DNA from: a bacterium | GTDB taxonomy: Bacteria > Patescibacteriota > Minisyncoccia > UBA6257 > GWB1-50-10 | Length of the DNA stretch: 64,000 nucleotides | Assembly: GCA_027310365.1 (NCBI GenBank) | Contig: DAIDAY010000001.1 | Location: forward strand, 4,142 to 68,141 | Direction of reading: 5' to 3' | Part shown: piece after piece, positions 9,205 through 19,490 of the stretch | Layout: each line of letters opens with the position of its first letter | How positions within the stretch are numbered: position 1 is the first letter of the stretch | The notes under the pieces: model-generated | The model's database searches: none | Seen by the model: the letters and a program-made list of their open reading frames with translations, nothing else | What the model was told of the DNA's origin: nothing | Program-made: the position numbers and the translations under genes

Positions 9205-9984
9205 ATGGGTACACTTTTGGGTTACGACGACAAATGCGAACTCTTTGAAAAACTCATCAAGGAAGACAACTTAGCCCACGCCTATCTCTTTTATGGCGAG
9301 CCGGAAACCGGGAAGCATTCTTTTGCGAAATCGATTGCGTATCTCCTCGAAGATCGGAAAAAAGCGGAAGGAGCACCTCTGATCGATGCGGTGTTTGTCG
9401 CCGCCGAAGAAGGTAAAACGCTCGGTATCGAGGATGTCGCGAGAATCCAGAAATTTCTCTCTGAGCGCCCGATGGCCTCGAAGAAACGGATGGTTGTCGT
9501 CGACAATGCCGAGTCGCTGACCCGCGAAGCGCAGGGAGCGCTCCTCAAGATCGTGGAAGAACCGCCGAAAACCTCGCTTATTATATTCGTTTCTTCGGAT
9601 TCAAGGAATATCTTTGAAGCGCTTTTATCGCGCATCGAGAAGATATACTTTCCGACGTTTTCCGAGAAAGAAATCGCGAGCGGCTTGGTGAAACAATTAA
9701 AAATCGAAGAAACGAAAGCGGCGAAAATAGCGAAGATGTCTTTCGGACGTTTCGGCCGGGCCGTCAAAATCGCGCGCGGAAAGAAAGAAAGTGGCGAGGA
9801 AGACGACGTTTTGAAAACGATCAATGATGCGATCCTCGCGCGCTACGAAGCTGGCATCGCGAAGAACACCAGGGTGCTGCGATGGCTTCTCGAGCGGCAG
9901 ATGTTCATCAAGAGATATAAACGGTATAATTTAAACATGAAATTACAAAAGAAAGTCGTCGATGCGGTATTAAAAAGCAAATAA
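9205..9984 (+). CDS. holB: DNA polymerase III delta' subunit-like
   Basis: AHAYLFYG..TGK and AQGALLKIVEEPP motifs. Confidence 0.85.
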   Translation: MGTLLGYDDKCELFEKLIKEDNLAHAYLFYGEPETGKHSFAKSIAYLLEDRKKAEGAPLIDAVFVAAEEGKTLGIEDVARIQKFLSERPMASKKRMVVVDNAESLTREAQGALLKIVEEPPKTSLIIFVSSDSRNIFEALLSRIEKIYFPTFSEKEIASGLVKQLKIEETKAAKIAKMSFGRFGRAVKIARGKKESGEEDDVLKTINDAILARYEAGIAKNTRVLRWLLERQMFIKRYKRYNLNMKLQKKVVDAVLKSK

Positions 9985-9990
9985 AGAAAA

Positions 9991-10539
9991 ATGGTACAAA
10001 CTGAAGATATAAAACGGGAAGGAGAAGCGGTTCTCCAGAACCTCAAAAAAGCTTTGTCGGGAGTCAGGACATCGCGTCCCCAAACGGCGCTCGTTGAAGA
10101 CATCAGGGTGGAATACTACGGCCAAACGATGCCGATAAAACAACTCGGCACCGTGGGCGTGCGGCCCCCTCGGGAAATTGACATACAAGTATGGGACCAA
10201 AACGCCGTTCCCGTGATAGCAAAAGCCATAGAATCTTCTTCACTGAAGCTCTCGGCGAATATTTCCGGCAACTCGATTAAGATCAACCTTCCGGAATTGA
10301 GCCAGGAACGGCGGGAAGAGCTCGTGAAGTATGTCAAAAAAATAACCGAAGAACACAAGATCGAAATCAGGCACTTGCGGGACGAGATCAACAAGAAAGT
10401 GCAAACCTCTTTTGATGAGGGGGAGGTCAGCGAAGACCAGAAGTTCAAACTGAAGGAGGGCATTCAAAAGGAGATCGACAAGATCAACGGGGAGGTGGAG
10501 AATCTTCTCGGAGCGAAGATTAAGGAAATAGAAGAATAG
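9991..10539 (+). CDS. frr: ribosome recycling factor
   Basis: VRTSR, VEYYG, IQVWD and PELSQERREELVK motifs. Confidence 0.95.
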   Translation: MVQTEDIKREGEAVLQNLKKALSGVRTSRPQTALVEDIRVEYYGQTMPIKQLGTVGVRPPREIDIQVWDQNAVPVIAKAIESSSLKLSANISGNSIKINLPELSQERREELVKYVKKITEEHKIEIRHLRDEINKKVQTSFDEGEVSEDQKFKLKEGIQKEIDKINGEVENLLGAKIKEIEE

Positions 10540-10852
10540 GAAGAGCCCCCAATACTCCCTCTCTCGTAGGCTTCCATTCGCTAAAATCACCCTCGCTCAT
10601 CGTCATCCGCAACGGAAAATGCGGAACTTAACCTCGGTTTCATGAATGAAATCATCGGGATTCAAACAGTCCTAGTTTTCCTGCTCCTTCCTCTACCACA
10701 ACAGACTCGCTGTTTCGCAAGATTCGGCGAGTTTTCCTTTATGAAGAGAACCTCTTTCGTGATTCTCTACGCACAGCTGATTTTCAATTTTCTCCAGTAC
10801 GGTGAGTTTGGTTTATTTTTCTAATCTCATGAGAGGGGTTATAATTTATTAG

Positions 10853-11902
10853 ATGGATATTGTGCTGGTGATTTTGGGATTGGCGATTTTGATCCTGAGC
10901 CATGAGTTCGGGCATTTTTCGGTCGCCAAAATGCTCAAGATAAAAGTGGAAGAATTCGGCATCGGGTTCCCGCCCCGGCTTTTCGGCAAGAAAGCGAAAA
11001 GCGAAACGATATACAGTGTAAACGCCTTGCCTTTCGGAGGGTTTGTAAAGCTCTACGGCGAAGGCGAAGAAAAAGCGAGCGATTCCGAGGCATTCCTCAA
11101 CAAGAAATTTTGGCAGAAATCCGTCGTCGTTTTGGCCGGCATCGTAATAAACCTTCTCCTTGGGTGGATCTTCTTGAGCATTGTTTTCACCCTCGGAACT
11201 CCCGAGCATCTTATGATTTCGAGCGTTTCTCCCGGATCGCCGGCAGCTCAAGCAGGGGTGAAGGAAGGGGATATCGTCCAAAAACTTACCATCGACAATG
11301 TGACACTCTCCGATCCAATCGTCGATTCCGATTTCGTTTCGGCCATCAAGAATTCAGCAGATCGATCTCTTCAAGTGACGCTTTTGCGGGGAAACAAGAG
11401 CATCGCCGTGAATTTGGAAAAGCGTTTGAATCCGCCGTCCGGCCAGGGGACGATCGGCGTCGGTCTGACTAATATCGGCGCGGCGCCCAAGTCCATCCCG
11501 AAAAGTCTGAGCGATGCGGCCGTCGCGACGGCTGAGTTTTCCTGGCTTATTCTGGGCGGCTTGTGGTCGCTCATAACGGGGATTTTCGCGAATCCGAACA
11601 TCATCAAAAATGTGGCGGGGCCCGTGGGAATCATCTCCCTGGCTTCGCAGGCGACATCCCTTGGACTGGCTTATCTTCTCCAGCTTCTCGCCTTGATATC
11701 CGTGAATCTCGCCGTCTTAAACCTGATACCGTTTCCGGCGCTTGACGGCGGCCGGTTCCTGGTTTTTTTGATCGAAAAGATCAAGGGCAGAAAAATTTCC
11801 ACCCGCATCCAACTCATCATAAACGGTACCGGTTTCGCTCTCTTGATACTCCTCATGATTTTTGTCACCGTTAATGATGTAAGGAATTTATTTGTCAACT
11901 GA
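10853..11902 (+). CDS. rseP: RIP metalloprotease RseP (M50, PDZ)
   Basis: HEFGH, PDZ region SPAAQAG and NLIPFPALDGG. Confidence 0.93.
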   Translation: MDIVLVILGLAILILSHEFGHFSVAKMLKIKVEEFGIGFPPRLFGKKAKSETIYSVNALPFGGFVKLYGEGEEKASDSEAFLNKKFWQKSVVVLAGIVINLLLGWIFLSIVFTLGTPEHLMISSVSPGSPAAQAGVKEGDIVQKLTIDNVTLSDPIVDSDFVSAIKNSADRSLQVTLLRGNKSIAVNLEKRLNPPSGQGTIGVGLTNIGAAPKSIPKSLSDAAVATAEFSWLILGGLWSLITGIFANPNIIKNVAGPVGIISLASQATSLGLAYLLQLLALISVNLAVLNLIPFPALDGGRFLVFLIEKIKGRKISTRIQLIINGTGFALLILLMIFVTVNDVRNLFVN

Positions 11903-11909
11903 GACGATT

Positions 11910-12905
11910 ATGGCAAAGAAAAAGATAGCGATTTTAGTCGGAGGGCCGTCTCACGAGCATGATGTTTCTTTGAAGACGGGGAAAAACGTTTTCAAACATT
12001 TGCCACGGGAAAAATACGACGCGGTAGAGGTTTTGATCAGCAAGGAAGGCAAGTGGCCGATTTCAATAGAAGAGTTGAAGGATTCCTATGACGCCGCTTT
12101 CATAGCGATGCACGGCGCATACGGTGAAGACGGCACTATCCAAGCGATCCTTGAAGAGCTCGGGATGCCCTATACCGGTTCCAGCGCGAGCGTGAGCGCG
12201 CTCGGCATGAATAAATTCCTCTCGGTTAAAATGTTCAAAGCGGCCGGCCTCGATGTTCCGCCATCATTGTATTTTAGCAAATCCCATTGGATGAAAGATA
12301 AAAACGGCGTTTTGGATGCCATTATGAAGCATCTGGAAAAGCCGTGGATTTTGAAACCGAATGCTTCCGGATCAAGCGTCGGGATAAAAATCGTGGATAC
12401 CAAAACGGAGCTTTTGACGTCTCTTGACTTCCTCTTCCAGGAATTTAAAGATGTCGTCGTCCAGAAATTCATTGCGGGGAAGGAAGTAACCTGCGGTGTT
12501 CTGGATTACGGCGATGCCTCGACCGCGTTCGCACTTTTGCCGACGGAAATCATCCCGGTCAAGAGGAAATTCTTCGATTACACGGCAAAGTACGACGCTG
12601 AATCGCATATCGAAATAACTCCGGCGAAAATTCCCGCACCATTCACAAAAGAAGTGAGACGGATCGCTCTCGTAGTCCACAAGCTCATGGGATGCCGACA
12701 CTTTTCGCGGACGGATATGATCATCGGCAAGGACAAGAAAATTTATGTTTTGGAAGTTAACACGATTCCGGGCCTCACGGAAACGAGCCTGGTTCCCCAG
12801 GAGGCGGAAGCCTACGGCATTCCGTTCTCGAAATTCCTCGATATGATCATAGAATCAACGTTGAAGCAGGAAGGAAGGAAAAAATCTTCCAAAAGGAATC
12901 TCTAG
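11910..12905 (+). CDS. ddl: D-alanine--D-alanine ligase
   Basis: GGPSHEHDVS, HGAYGEDG, GSSVG, DYTAKY and EVNTIPG motifs. Confidence 0.95.
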   Translation: MAKKKIAILVGGPSHEHDVSLKTGKNVFKHLPREKYDAVEVLISKEGKWPISIEELKDSYDAAFIAMHGAYGEDGTIQAILEELGMPYTGSSASVSALGMNKFLSVKMFKAAGLDVPPSLYFSKSHWMKDKNGVLDAIMKHLEKPWILKPNASGSSVGIKIVDTKTELLTSLDFLFQEFKDVVVQKFIAGKEVTCGVLDYGDASTAFALLPTEIIPVKRKFFDYTAKYDAESHIEITPAKIPAPFTKEVRRIALVVHKLMGCRHFSRTDMIIGKDKKIYVLEVNTIPGLTETSLVPQEAEAYGIPFSKFLDMIIESTLKQEGRKKSSKRNL

Positions 12906-13205
12906 ATCTTCGCTCTCCACGCACATTGTCCATCCGTAAAAGGCGAAAGCAGTTCGATCAATTCGAACCGCTTTTCACGGTCACTTTTTTTCACCGCCAC
13001 ACTTCGCGATATACAACACCTTTACCCCCTCCAGATATTTTTTAAATGAATTCCAAAAACGAAAAGGCAAAGAAGGAAAAGAATAAGCGGAGTGGTAACG
13101 ATGTATCTCCTCCACCCCGTTCTTTCAATACCTGAAAACGATAAGAAATCCCTCCCCCTTCGTCGTGTAGACGACGATGTTTGCTTCCGCCGAAACGAAA
13201 GGGGG

Positions 13206-13277
13206 ATGAACGGATGACATTTCGAATCTCGTGTTCCGCTCCGGGAAACTCCCATGCTTGAGGGCGGAGAGCTTCAC
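13206..13277 (+). repeat. orphan IS200/IS605 right-end-like element, copy 1
   Basis: About 8 differences in 74 nt from 16813-16886; subterminal hairpin ending in TTCAC. Confidence 0.7.
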
Positions 13278-13327
13278 GCTCTCTGGCATTTTGCTAAAGG
13301 ATAACTTCTTTGCTAATATCAATGGCA

Positions 13328-14581
13328 ATGAAGCAGTCGGAAATTCTCTTTAAAACACAGAAAACGCCCCCGAAAGATGAGGTTGCGGTGAACGCCCAGC
13401 TCCTGATTAAGGCGAATTTCGTGGATAAACTCATGGCGGGCGTTTATTCATATCTGCCTCTGGGTTTCCGTGTGCGGGAGAAGATAGAAAAAATCATCAG
13501 GAAAGAAATGAACGCACTCGGTGCGGCGGAGATTTTAATGCCGTCGCTCCAACCTAAAGCGATTTGGGATGCGACGGGACGGTGGGAAGGATTAAAGAAA
13601 ATCATGTACCAGTTCGAGGACCATGCAGGCCACGACGTGGGTCTTGCGGTCACGCACGAAGAAGTCGTGGCGAACCTCGCTCAGGGGCTTATCGATTCGT
13701 ACGTTGATTTGCCGAAATCCGTCTACCAAATCCAGGCGAAATTCAGGGATGAACCGCGGGCGAAATCGGGTGTCATCCGAGGGCGGGAATTTACGATGAA
13801 AGATATGTATAGCTTCCACACGGACGAGAAATCGCTCGATGAATTCTACGAAGAGAGCAAAAAAGCATATATCAAGGTTTTTGAACGGTGCGAACTGAAG
13901 GCATACGTGACGGAAGCTTCGGGGGGAGATTTCTCCAAAAGCTTTTCCCACGAGTTCATGGTAGAGACGTCCGCCGGCGAGGATGAAACGTATCTCTGCC
14001 GGCTCTGCGGTTTCGCGCGGAATAAGGAAATCGCCGATTTCAAGAAGGGCGAACGGTGCCCCGGATGCGGAGCAGGTGTTTTGGAAAAAGTAAAAACGGT
14101 GGAGGTGGGGAACATTTTCAAGCTCGGAACCAAGTATTCCGAAGGCGCGAATTTGAATTTCAAAGACGAGAAGGGAAATCTGAGGCCGGTTGTGATGGGC
14201 TCTTACGGCATCGGCATTGATCGCCTGATGGGGACGGCGGTGGAGGTGCACCACGATGACAAAGGAATTGTTTGGCCCCCTGAGATAGCGCCGTTCCAGG
14301 TCCATCTTTTGACGATCGGCGCGGCGAACGAGGAGCTTCAAAAATTCGCCGAGAGCGTATATCATAAGCTTTGCGAACAGGGGGTGGAAGTGCTCCATGA
14401 CGACCGGGTAAAGATTTCCGCGGGAGAAAAATTCTACGATGCCGATTTGATCGGCATCCCGTGGCGGGTCGTTGTGAGCGATCGGATGATGGTGCAAGAA
14501 AAAGTGGAAGCGAAAAAAAGGAACGAAAAGAACTCGAAAGACATGAAACCCAGCGAATTCTTAAAAGTGCTGAAAAAATGA
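13328..14581 (+). CDS. proS: prolyl-tRNA synthetase (short form)
   Basis: KFRDEPR, REFTMKDMYSF, EVGNIFKLG and YGIG motifs; no large editing insertion. Confidence 0.95.
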   Translation: MKQSEILFKTQKTPPKDEVAVNAQLLIKANFVDKLMAGVYSYLPLGFRVREKIEKIIRKEMNALGAAEILMPSLQPKAIWDATGRWEGLKKIMYQFEDHAGHDVGLAVTHEEVVANLAQGLIDSYVDLPKSVYQIQAKFRDEPRAKSGVIRGREFTMKDMYSFHTDEKSLDEFYEESKKAYIKVFERCELKAYVTEASGGDFSKSFSHEFMVETSAGEDETYLCRLCGFARNKEIADFKKGERCPGCGAGVLEKVKTVEVGNIFKLGTKYSEGANLNFKDEKGNLRPVVMGSYGIGIDRLMGTAVEVHHDDKGIVWPPEIAPFQVHLLTIGAANEELQKFAESVYHKLCEQGVEVLHDDRVKISAGEKFYDADLIGIPWRVVVSDRMMVQEKVEAKKRNEKNSKDMKPSEFLKVLKK

Positions 14582-15606
14582 TGCTGAAAAAAATATTAGG
14601 CGTTGATTTAGGAACGGATACGACGCAAGTGTATTTAAAAGGCGTCGGTATCGTTTTAAACGAACCGTCGATTGTCGCATTCAACAACCGGACGCAGCGG
14701 GTGGTTGCCGTCGGCAGGGAAGCGAAGAAAATGCTTTCCCGGACACCCTCTCACGTGACAGCCTTGCGGCCAATCATGAACGGCGTCATCGCCGATTTCG
14801 ACATGGCGAAGGAAATGGTACAGCGGTTTTTGAAGAACAAGACGCTCCCGTGGTCGTGGCTCACTGAGGTTGTCGTAAGCATTTCGACCAATTTGACGGA
14901 AGTTGAACGGAAGTCCGTGGAAGATCTCTTTAGGGAGGTCGGGGTCGGCAAAGTATACATGATTGAGGAGCCCATTGCGGCGGCTTTGGGAAGCGGTCTC
15001 GACATCGGCGCGCCTACCGCGCATCTCGTTGTTGATATTGGCGCCGGGACGACCGATATGGCCATTATTTCCATAAACGGCCTCGTTGTTTCCAAGCGTC
15101 TCAAGATTGCGGGAGATCATTTCAATCAGGAAATCATTCATGGCGTGAAAGACGAAATGAAGCTCTTTATCGGCGAACCGACGGCTGAGGAAATAAAAAT
15201 AGCCGTTGGCGCGGCGGTGCCCCAGACGGAAAAACTTGATATCAGCGTGAGGGGAAGGGATGCCGTTTCCGGCTTGCCGAAGGAAGTCAATGTGCGGGAT
15301 ACGCAGGTGAGGTATTGGCTCTTGAAATCATTGAAAACCATGACGGAAGCTCTGAAGGAACTGATTGACGTCACGCCCCCGGAACTTGTCGGAGACATCT
15401 ACCGGAACGGTGTGTACCTTTCAGGCGGAGGAAGCATGCTCCGTGGCATGCAGCAATTGTTTGAAAAAGAAATCGGCGTTAATGTCCATGGGGTTGATGA
15501 GCCTTTGATATGCGTCGTGCGAGGCATTGGCCTCATCGCCGAAAATACGAGTTTCTACACGAACATCCTGCACAGTTTCTCTTCTTCCTCAATCATCCGC
15601 TTATGA
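14578..15606 (+). CDS. mreB: MreB/Mbl (paralog 2)
   Basis: GVDLGT, NEPSIVA, DIGAGTT and TPPEL motifs; precedes mreC/mreD. Confidence 0.92.
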   Translation: MMLKKILGVDLGTDTTQVYLKGVGIVLNEPSIVAFNNRTQRVVAVGREAKKMLSRTPSHVTALRPIMNGVIADFDMAKEMVQRFLKNKTLPWSWLTEVVVSISTNLTEVERKSVEDLFREVGVGKVYMIEEPIAAALGSGLDIGAPTAHLVVDIGAGTTDMAIISINGLVVSKRLKIAGDHFNQEIIHGVKDEMKLFIGEPTAEEIKIAVGAAVPQTEKLDISVRGRDAVSGLPKEVNVRDTQVRYWLLKSLKTMTEALKELIDVTPPELVGDIYRNGVYLSGGGSMLRGMQQLFEKEIGVNVHGVDEPLICVVRGIGLIAENTSFYTNILHSFSSSSIIRL

Positions 15607-16292
15607 ATCCGTTAAAAGCTTCGGTGATCGGAATGATTATTCTGGCAGCGACTGCGGTTGTCTTCTTTTTCGGCAAGGATATCTTTTCTTTTTTTGAGAA
15701 TTTCCGAGCCGCGCTTCTCTCGGGAGGAGGGGGGGAACTGAGCTACCGTCGTTTATTGGATTTCAGGCTGGCGGCAGAGAGCGCTTCTTCAGAACAGAAG
15801 TCTTCGGCGTCGCCGGTTGCTTCCGGCTTCACGACCGTGGAGGCGGAAGTTTTTTCTGATTATCCGTTCAATAATTTTTCGCGGCTTACGATCGCGGCAG
15901 GAAGCGATAAAGGCTTGAAAGCGGGGATGCCGGTTTTCGAAGGAGGAAACATCCTGCTCGGCAAAATCGTTTCCGTTGGATCGCGTACATCGGAGGTTGA
16001 AACCTTTTTCGATCCGTCGTGGAAAAGTTCCGTTTTCATCGGGGGCGAAAAAATCAAGGGTCTGCTCTCCGGCGGATCTTCCCCCTCCGTTGATTTCATA
16101 CCAAAGGGATCGGATGTTTCTTCCGGCATGCAGATAACGAATTCCGACAGCGCTTATCCCATCGACGCGTTTATCGGATCCGTCAATGCCGTGGAAAACG
16201 CGGGAAATAGCCTGTGGTTGCAAGCGACCGTCAAGATACCATTCGATCTCTCGAACGTCAACGACGTATTTGTCGTGACTAATTTCGACTAA
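15603..16292 (+). CDS. mreC: rod shape-determining protein MreC
   Basis: N-terminal TM, GSDKGLKAGMPV..LLGKI; position after mreB. Confidence 0.88.
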   Translation: MNPLKASVIGMIILAATAVVFFFGKDIFSFFENFRAALLSGGGGELSYRRLLDFRLAAESASSEQKSSASPVASGFTTVEAEVFSDYPFNNFSRLTIAAGSDKGLKAGMPVFEGGNILLGKIVSVGSRTSEVETFFDPSWKSSVFIGGEKIKGLLSGGSSPSVDFIPKGSDVSSGMQITNSDSAYPIDAFIGSVNAVENAGNSLWLQATVKIPFDLSNVNDVFVVTNFD

Positions 16293-16297
16293 CAGCA

Positions 16298-16750
16298 ATG
16301 CATCGGGCGCTTACGCTCATCCTTCTCCTGGCCGTACTGGTGCTGGTATTTACCTCGCGCCTTCTTGCCTTAGGCGGTGTGAACCCAGATCTGCCGCTTA
16401 TATTTTTTGCATGGCTCTTGAGCGCTCCTTCCCTCCGAAGAATGAGGTTCGGAAGTTTCTCCCTGCTTATCCTTTTGTTTCTGGGTTTTATGGCGCTGGT
16501 TTCCACCTTTTGGCTTCCGGAAGCGGCTCTCCTCGGCGCCCTTGTGCTTGCGGCTTTTTATCCCAGTACACTCCTCTCCGGCCATCGGTTGTTCGACTTT
16601 CTGATTATCCAAGTTGTCGTTTCTTTCGTTTTTTATGTCTTGGGAGTCTTCATTTTTCACGGCGCTTTTCCCTGGGTCGACATTTTGTTCGAAGCGGCAT
16701 ACGGCATCCTTCTATCGCTTGCCGCCTATCTTTTCCTTCATGCCCGGTAG
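16298..16750 (+). CDS. mreD: MreD-like membrane protein
   Basis: Highly hydrophobic with a PDL motif; lies between mreC and pbp2. Confidence 0.7.
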   Translation: MHRALTLILLLAVLVLVFTSRLLALGGVNPDLPLIFFAWLLSAPSLRRMRFGSFSLLILLFLGFMALVSTFWLPEAALLGALVLAAFYPSTLLSGHRLFDFLIIQVVVSFVFYVLGVFIFHGAFPWVDILFEAAYGILLSLAAYLFLHAR

Positions 16751-16812
16751 AATAAACTTCGGATGCGTTTGTGCCACCCCCGCCTGTTCATCCCCGCCGC
16801 CGTGCGGCAGGA

Positions 16813-16885
16813 ATGAACGGATGGCATCCCGAATCTCGTATTCCGCTTCCGGGAAGCTCCCGTGTTTGAGGGCGGAGAGCTTCAC
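16813..16885 (+). repeat. orphan IS200/IS605 right-end-like element, copy 2
   Basis: GAAG-hairpin-TTCAC; matches 13206-13277. Confidence 0.7.
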
Positions 16886-16987
16886 GAGATGACTTTGATA
16901 CGCGGATAAAAAGAGTTTTAATAAATTCAATGAAGAAACAAAAGGTCAACTTGAAGCGATTCCTCATCCGAGGTCGTACTCCGGGGC

Positions 16988-18838
16988 ATGAAAGATGATT
17001 TGCACTTGAGCGATGTCTTGACCGATAAGTACGTTGAAGAGGATTTCATGGAAGTCCCTTTGGCCGACCAGGCATTCAGGTATTTTCTTCTCGTTGTCGG
17101 CGTCGTTTTTTTGGTTATTGCGGTGCGTTTATTTTACCTCGGCGTTATTCAACACAATTTTTATTCGAATAAAGCTTTGGCGAACGTGAGCGATTTGAAC
17201 GTCGAAGCGGCTCCGCGAGGGATTATCAATGACCGATTCGGAAGCCCCTTGACGGAAAACGTCCCCTTATTCAATGTCTTTGCGACGCCGATTGATCTTC
17301 CGAAGGATGCCGGCAATCGGGAGAATGTTTTGAAAACAGCGAGCGGGATTTTGGGCATTTCCTCTCCCGGCACGACCGGCACGAACCCCAACGACAAGAT
17401 ACTCCTCAAGAGCGGCATCAGTCAGGAAGAGCTGATCAGCATCGCTTCCCAGAATCTTCCGGGGATTGCCATCCTCCCATCGTTCAAGATGATCGATACG
17501 ACGCCCTTGAAATTTTCCCATGTGATCGGTTATTCCTCGCTTGCAACGGCGGATGACATCAAAGCCGACCCGGCATTGACGCCAAATGACACCAAGGGAC
17601 GGACGGGGCTGGAAAGCTTCTACGACAAGTACTTGAGGGGGATTGACGGAGAAAAAAGATATCTCACGAATGCTGCGGGACAGGTGCTGGGGGAAAACGT
17701 CGTCCGGCGGGCCGAGCAGGGGGATACAATCAATACGTTTCTCGATGCGGAATTCCAAAATTATTTTTACGACAGGCTACAGAATACCTTGAATGGCCTC
17801 GGCAGGAATATCGGCGCCGCGATCGCCATGAATCCCCAGAACGGAGAAATTTTAGCACTCTTCAGCATACCTTCATTCGATCCAGGGAATATCGCCGCGG
17901 CTTTGAATGCCCCGTATGAGCCACTTTTCAACCGGGCGGTTTCCGGCCTCTATAGCCCCGGTTCAACCATCAAGCCGCTCGTCGCGGCGGCGGCGCTTAC
18001 CGAAAGCATTTTGGATCCCAGCCGCCAGATTTTTTCCCCGGGATACATCTATGTCCCGAATCCCTACGATCCGACTCGCCCCTCGAAATTTTTGGATTGG
18101 CAGTATCAGGGATGGGTCGACATGTATTCGGCACTCGCAAAATCGAGCGACGTTTACTTCTACGCGGTCGGGGGCGGCTACGGCAATCAAAAGGGTTTGG
18201 GGATCGCGAAGCTCAAAGAATGGTGGCAAAAATTCCTGCTCGACAAAGAAACTGGCATCGACGTCGCGGGCGAGCAAAGCGGTTTCCTCCCCGATCCTGC
18301 GTGGAAAGAAAGGATAAAGCGTTCCATTTGGCGGATCGGCGACACGTACAATGTTTCCATCGGTCAGGGCGATTTGGTGATAACGCCGATCGAACTTTTG
18401 AATTATATCAGCGCCGTTGCGAACGGCGGCAAGCTCTATAAACCGCGCATTGTCGACCGTATCGTTGATTCCGAAGGCCAAACGGTCTTGAAAACAAGTC
18501 CGGAAGTCTTGAGCGATTTAAGCGGTGAAATAGGAAAGTACCTTCCACTCGTGCAAAAGGGAATGGAGGATGCCGTCTCCCAAAGTTACGGGACGGCCTA
18601 CACGCTCCGCGATTTGCCGGTCCAAGTCGCCGCGAAAACCGGTTCTGCGCAGGTATCGAACAACCAAAAAACGAACGCGTTCTTCGTCGGCTACGCGCCG
18701 GCGAAAAATCCTCAGATCGCCGTCGCTATCCTCGTGGAAAACGCCAAGGAAGGAAGTTTGAACGTCGTGCCGGTGGCGCGGGACATATTTCTATGGTACT
18801 ATGAACATCGTCTCAGAAGTCAAAATAATCAAAAATGA
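16988..18838 (+). CDS. mrdA: penicillin-binding protein 2
   Basis: APRG, PGSTIK (SxxK), SSD and KTG motifs. Confidence 0.93.
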   Translation: MKDDLHLSDVLTDKYVEEDFMEVPLADQAFRYFLLVVGVVFLVIAVRLFYLGVIQHNFYSNKALANVSDLNVEAAPRGIINDRFGSPLTENVPLFNVFATPIDLPKDAGNRENVLKTASGILGISSPGTTGTNPNDKILLKSGISQEELISIASQNLPGIAILPSFKMIDTTPLKFSHVIGYSSLATADDIKADPALTPNDTKGRTGLESFYDKYLRGIDGEKRYLTNAAGQVLGENVVRRAEQGDTINTFLDAEFQNYFYDRLQNTLNGLGRNIGAAIAMNPQNGEILALFSIPSFDPGNIAAALNAPYEPLFNRAVSGLYSPGSTIKPLVAAAALTESILDPSRQIFSPGYIYVPNPYDPTRPSKFLDWQYQGWVDMYSALAKSSDVYFYAVGGGYGNQKGLGIAKLKEWWQKFLLDKETGIDVAGEQSGFLPDPAWKERIKRSIWRIGDTYNVSIGQGDLVITPIELLNYISAVANGGKLYKPRIVDRIVDSEGQTVLKTSPEVLSDLSGEIGKYLPLVQKGMEDAVSQSYGTAYTLRDLPVQVAAKTGSAQVSNNQKTNAFFVGYAPAKNPQIAVAILVENAKEGSLNVVPVARDIFLWYYEHRLRSQNNQK

Positions 18839-19296
18839 GCGATAATTACTTAACTCAGGAGCGGTACGACGAGTTGAAGGTCGAACTAAACAGCTTGAAA
18901 ACCGCTGGCCGGCAGTCGGTTGGCGAGCGCTTGCGCCACGCCAAAGAACTGGGCGACTTGTCGGAAAACGCCGAGTATCAGGCAGTCAGAGAGGAACAAA
19001 ATCTTTTAGAAAAGAAAATAGCTGATTTAGAAGATTTATTGGAGAATTCGTCGATCATCAACAAGGAAAGCGGCGGGGCGACCGTGAAAATTGGTTCCAA
19101 CGTTACGATCAAAAAAAGCGGCGGCGAAGCCGTGACCTACACGGTCGTGGGATCGAGCGAAACCGATCCGGCGAAGGGCTTGATTTCCAACGCCTCGCCT
19201 CTTGGCAAGCAGCTCCTCGGTAAAAAAATGGGAGACGTGATCGTCATAGAGGCGCCGAAGGGAAAAAACGAGTACGCTATCCTGAAGATAAACTAA
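18835..19296 (+). CDS. greA: transcription elongation factor GreA
   Basis: GDLSENAEY and ISNASPLG motifs. Confidence 0.96.
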   Translation: MSDNYLTQERYDELKVELNSLKTAGRQSVGERLRHAKELGDLSENAEYQAVREEQNLLEKKIADLEDLLENSSIINKESGGATVKIGSNVTIKKSGGEAVTYTVVGSSETDPAKGLISNASPLGKQLLGKKMGDVIVIEAPKGKNEYAILKIN

Positions 19297-19490
19297 GGGC
19301 TTGGTACGAACGTCAAGCCTTATCCCACCCCTATGATGCCAACAAATTGATGAATGACATCAAACCAGTCGCTATGAACGCCCTCTTTGGATTAAGTGGA
19401 GGCAGTGGTCGTATAAGTGCGGAATGCTCGTTGTTGTAGCTCACTATTCTACGCTACAAACGAGCTTGAATATCGAAACAAAACGGCATG
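19294..19490 (+). repeat. Structured intergenic element, copy B (before lysS)
   Basis: Aligns with copy C over ~155 nt and with copy A over ~80 nt. Confidence 0.75.
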
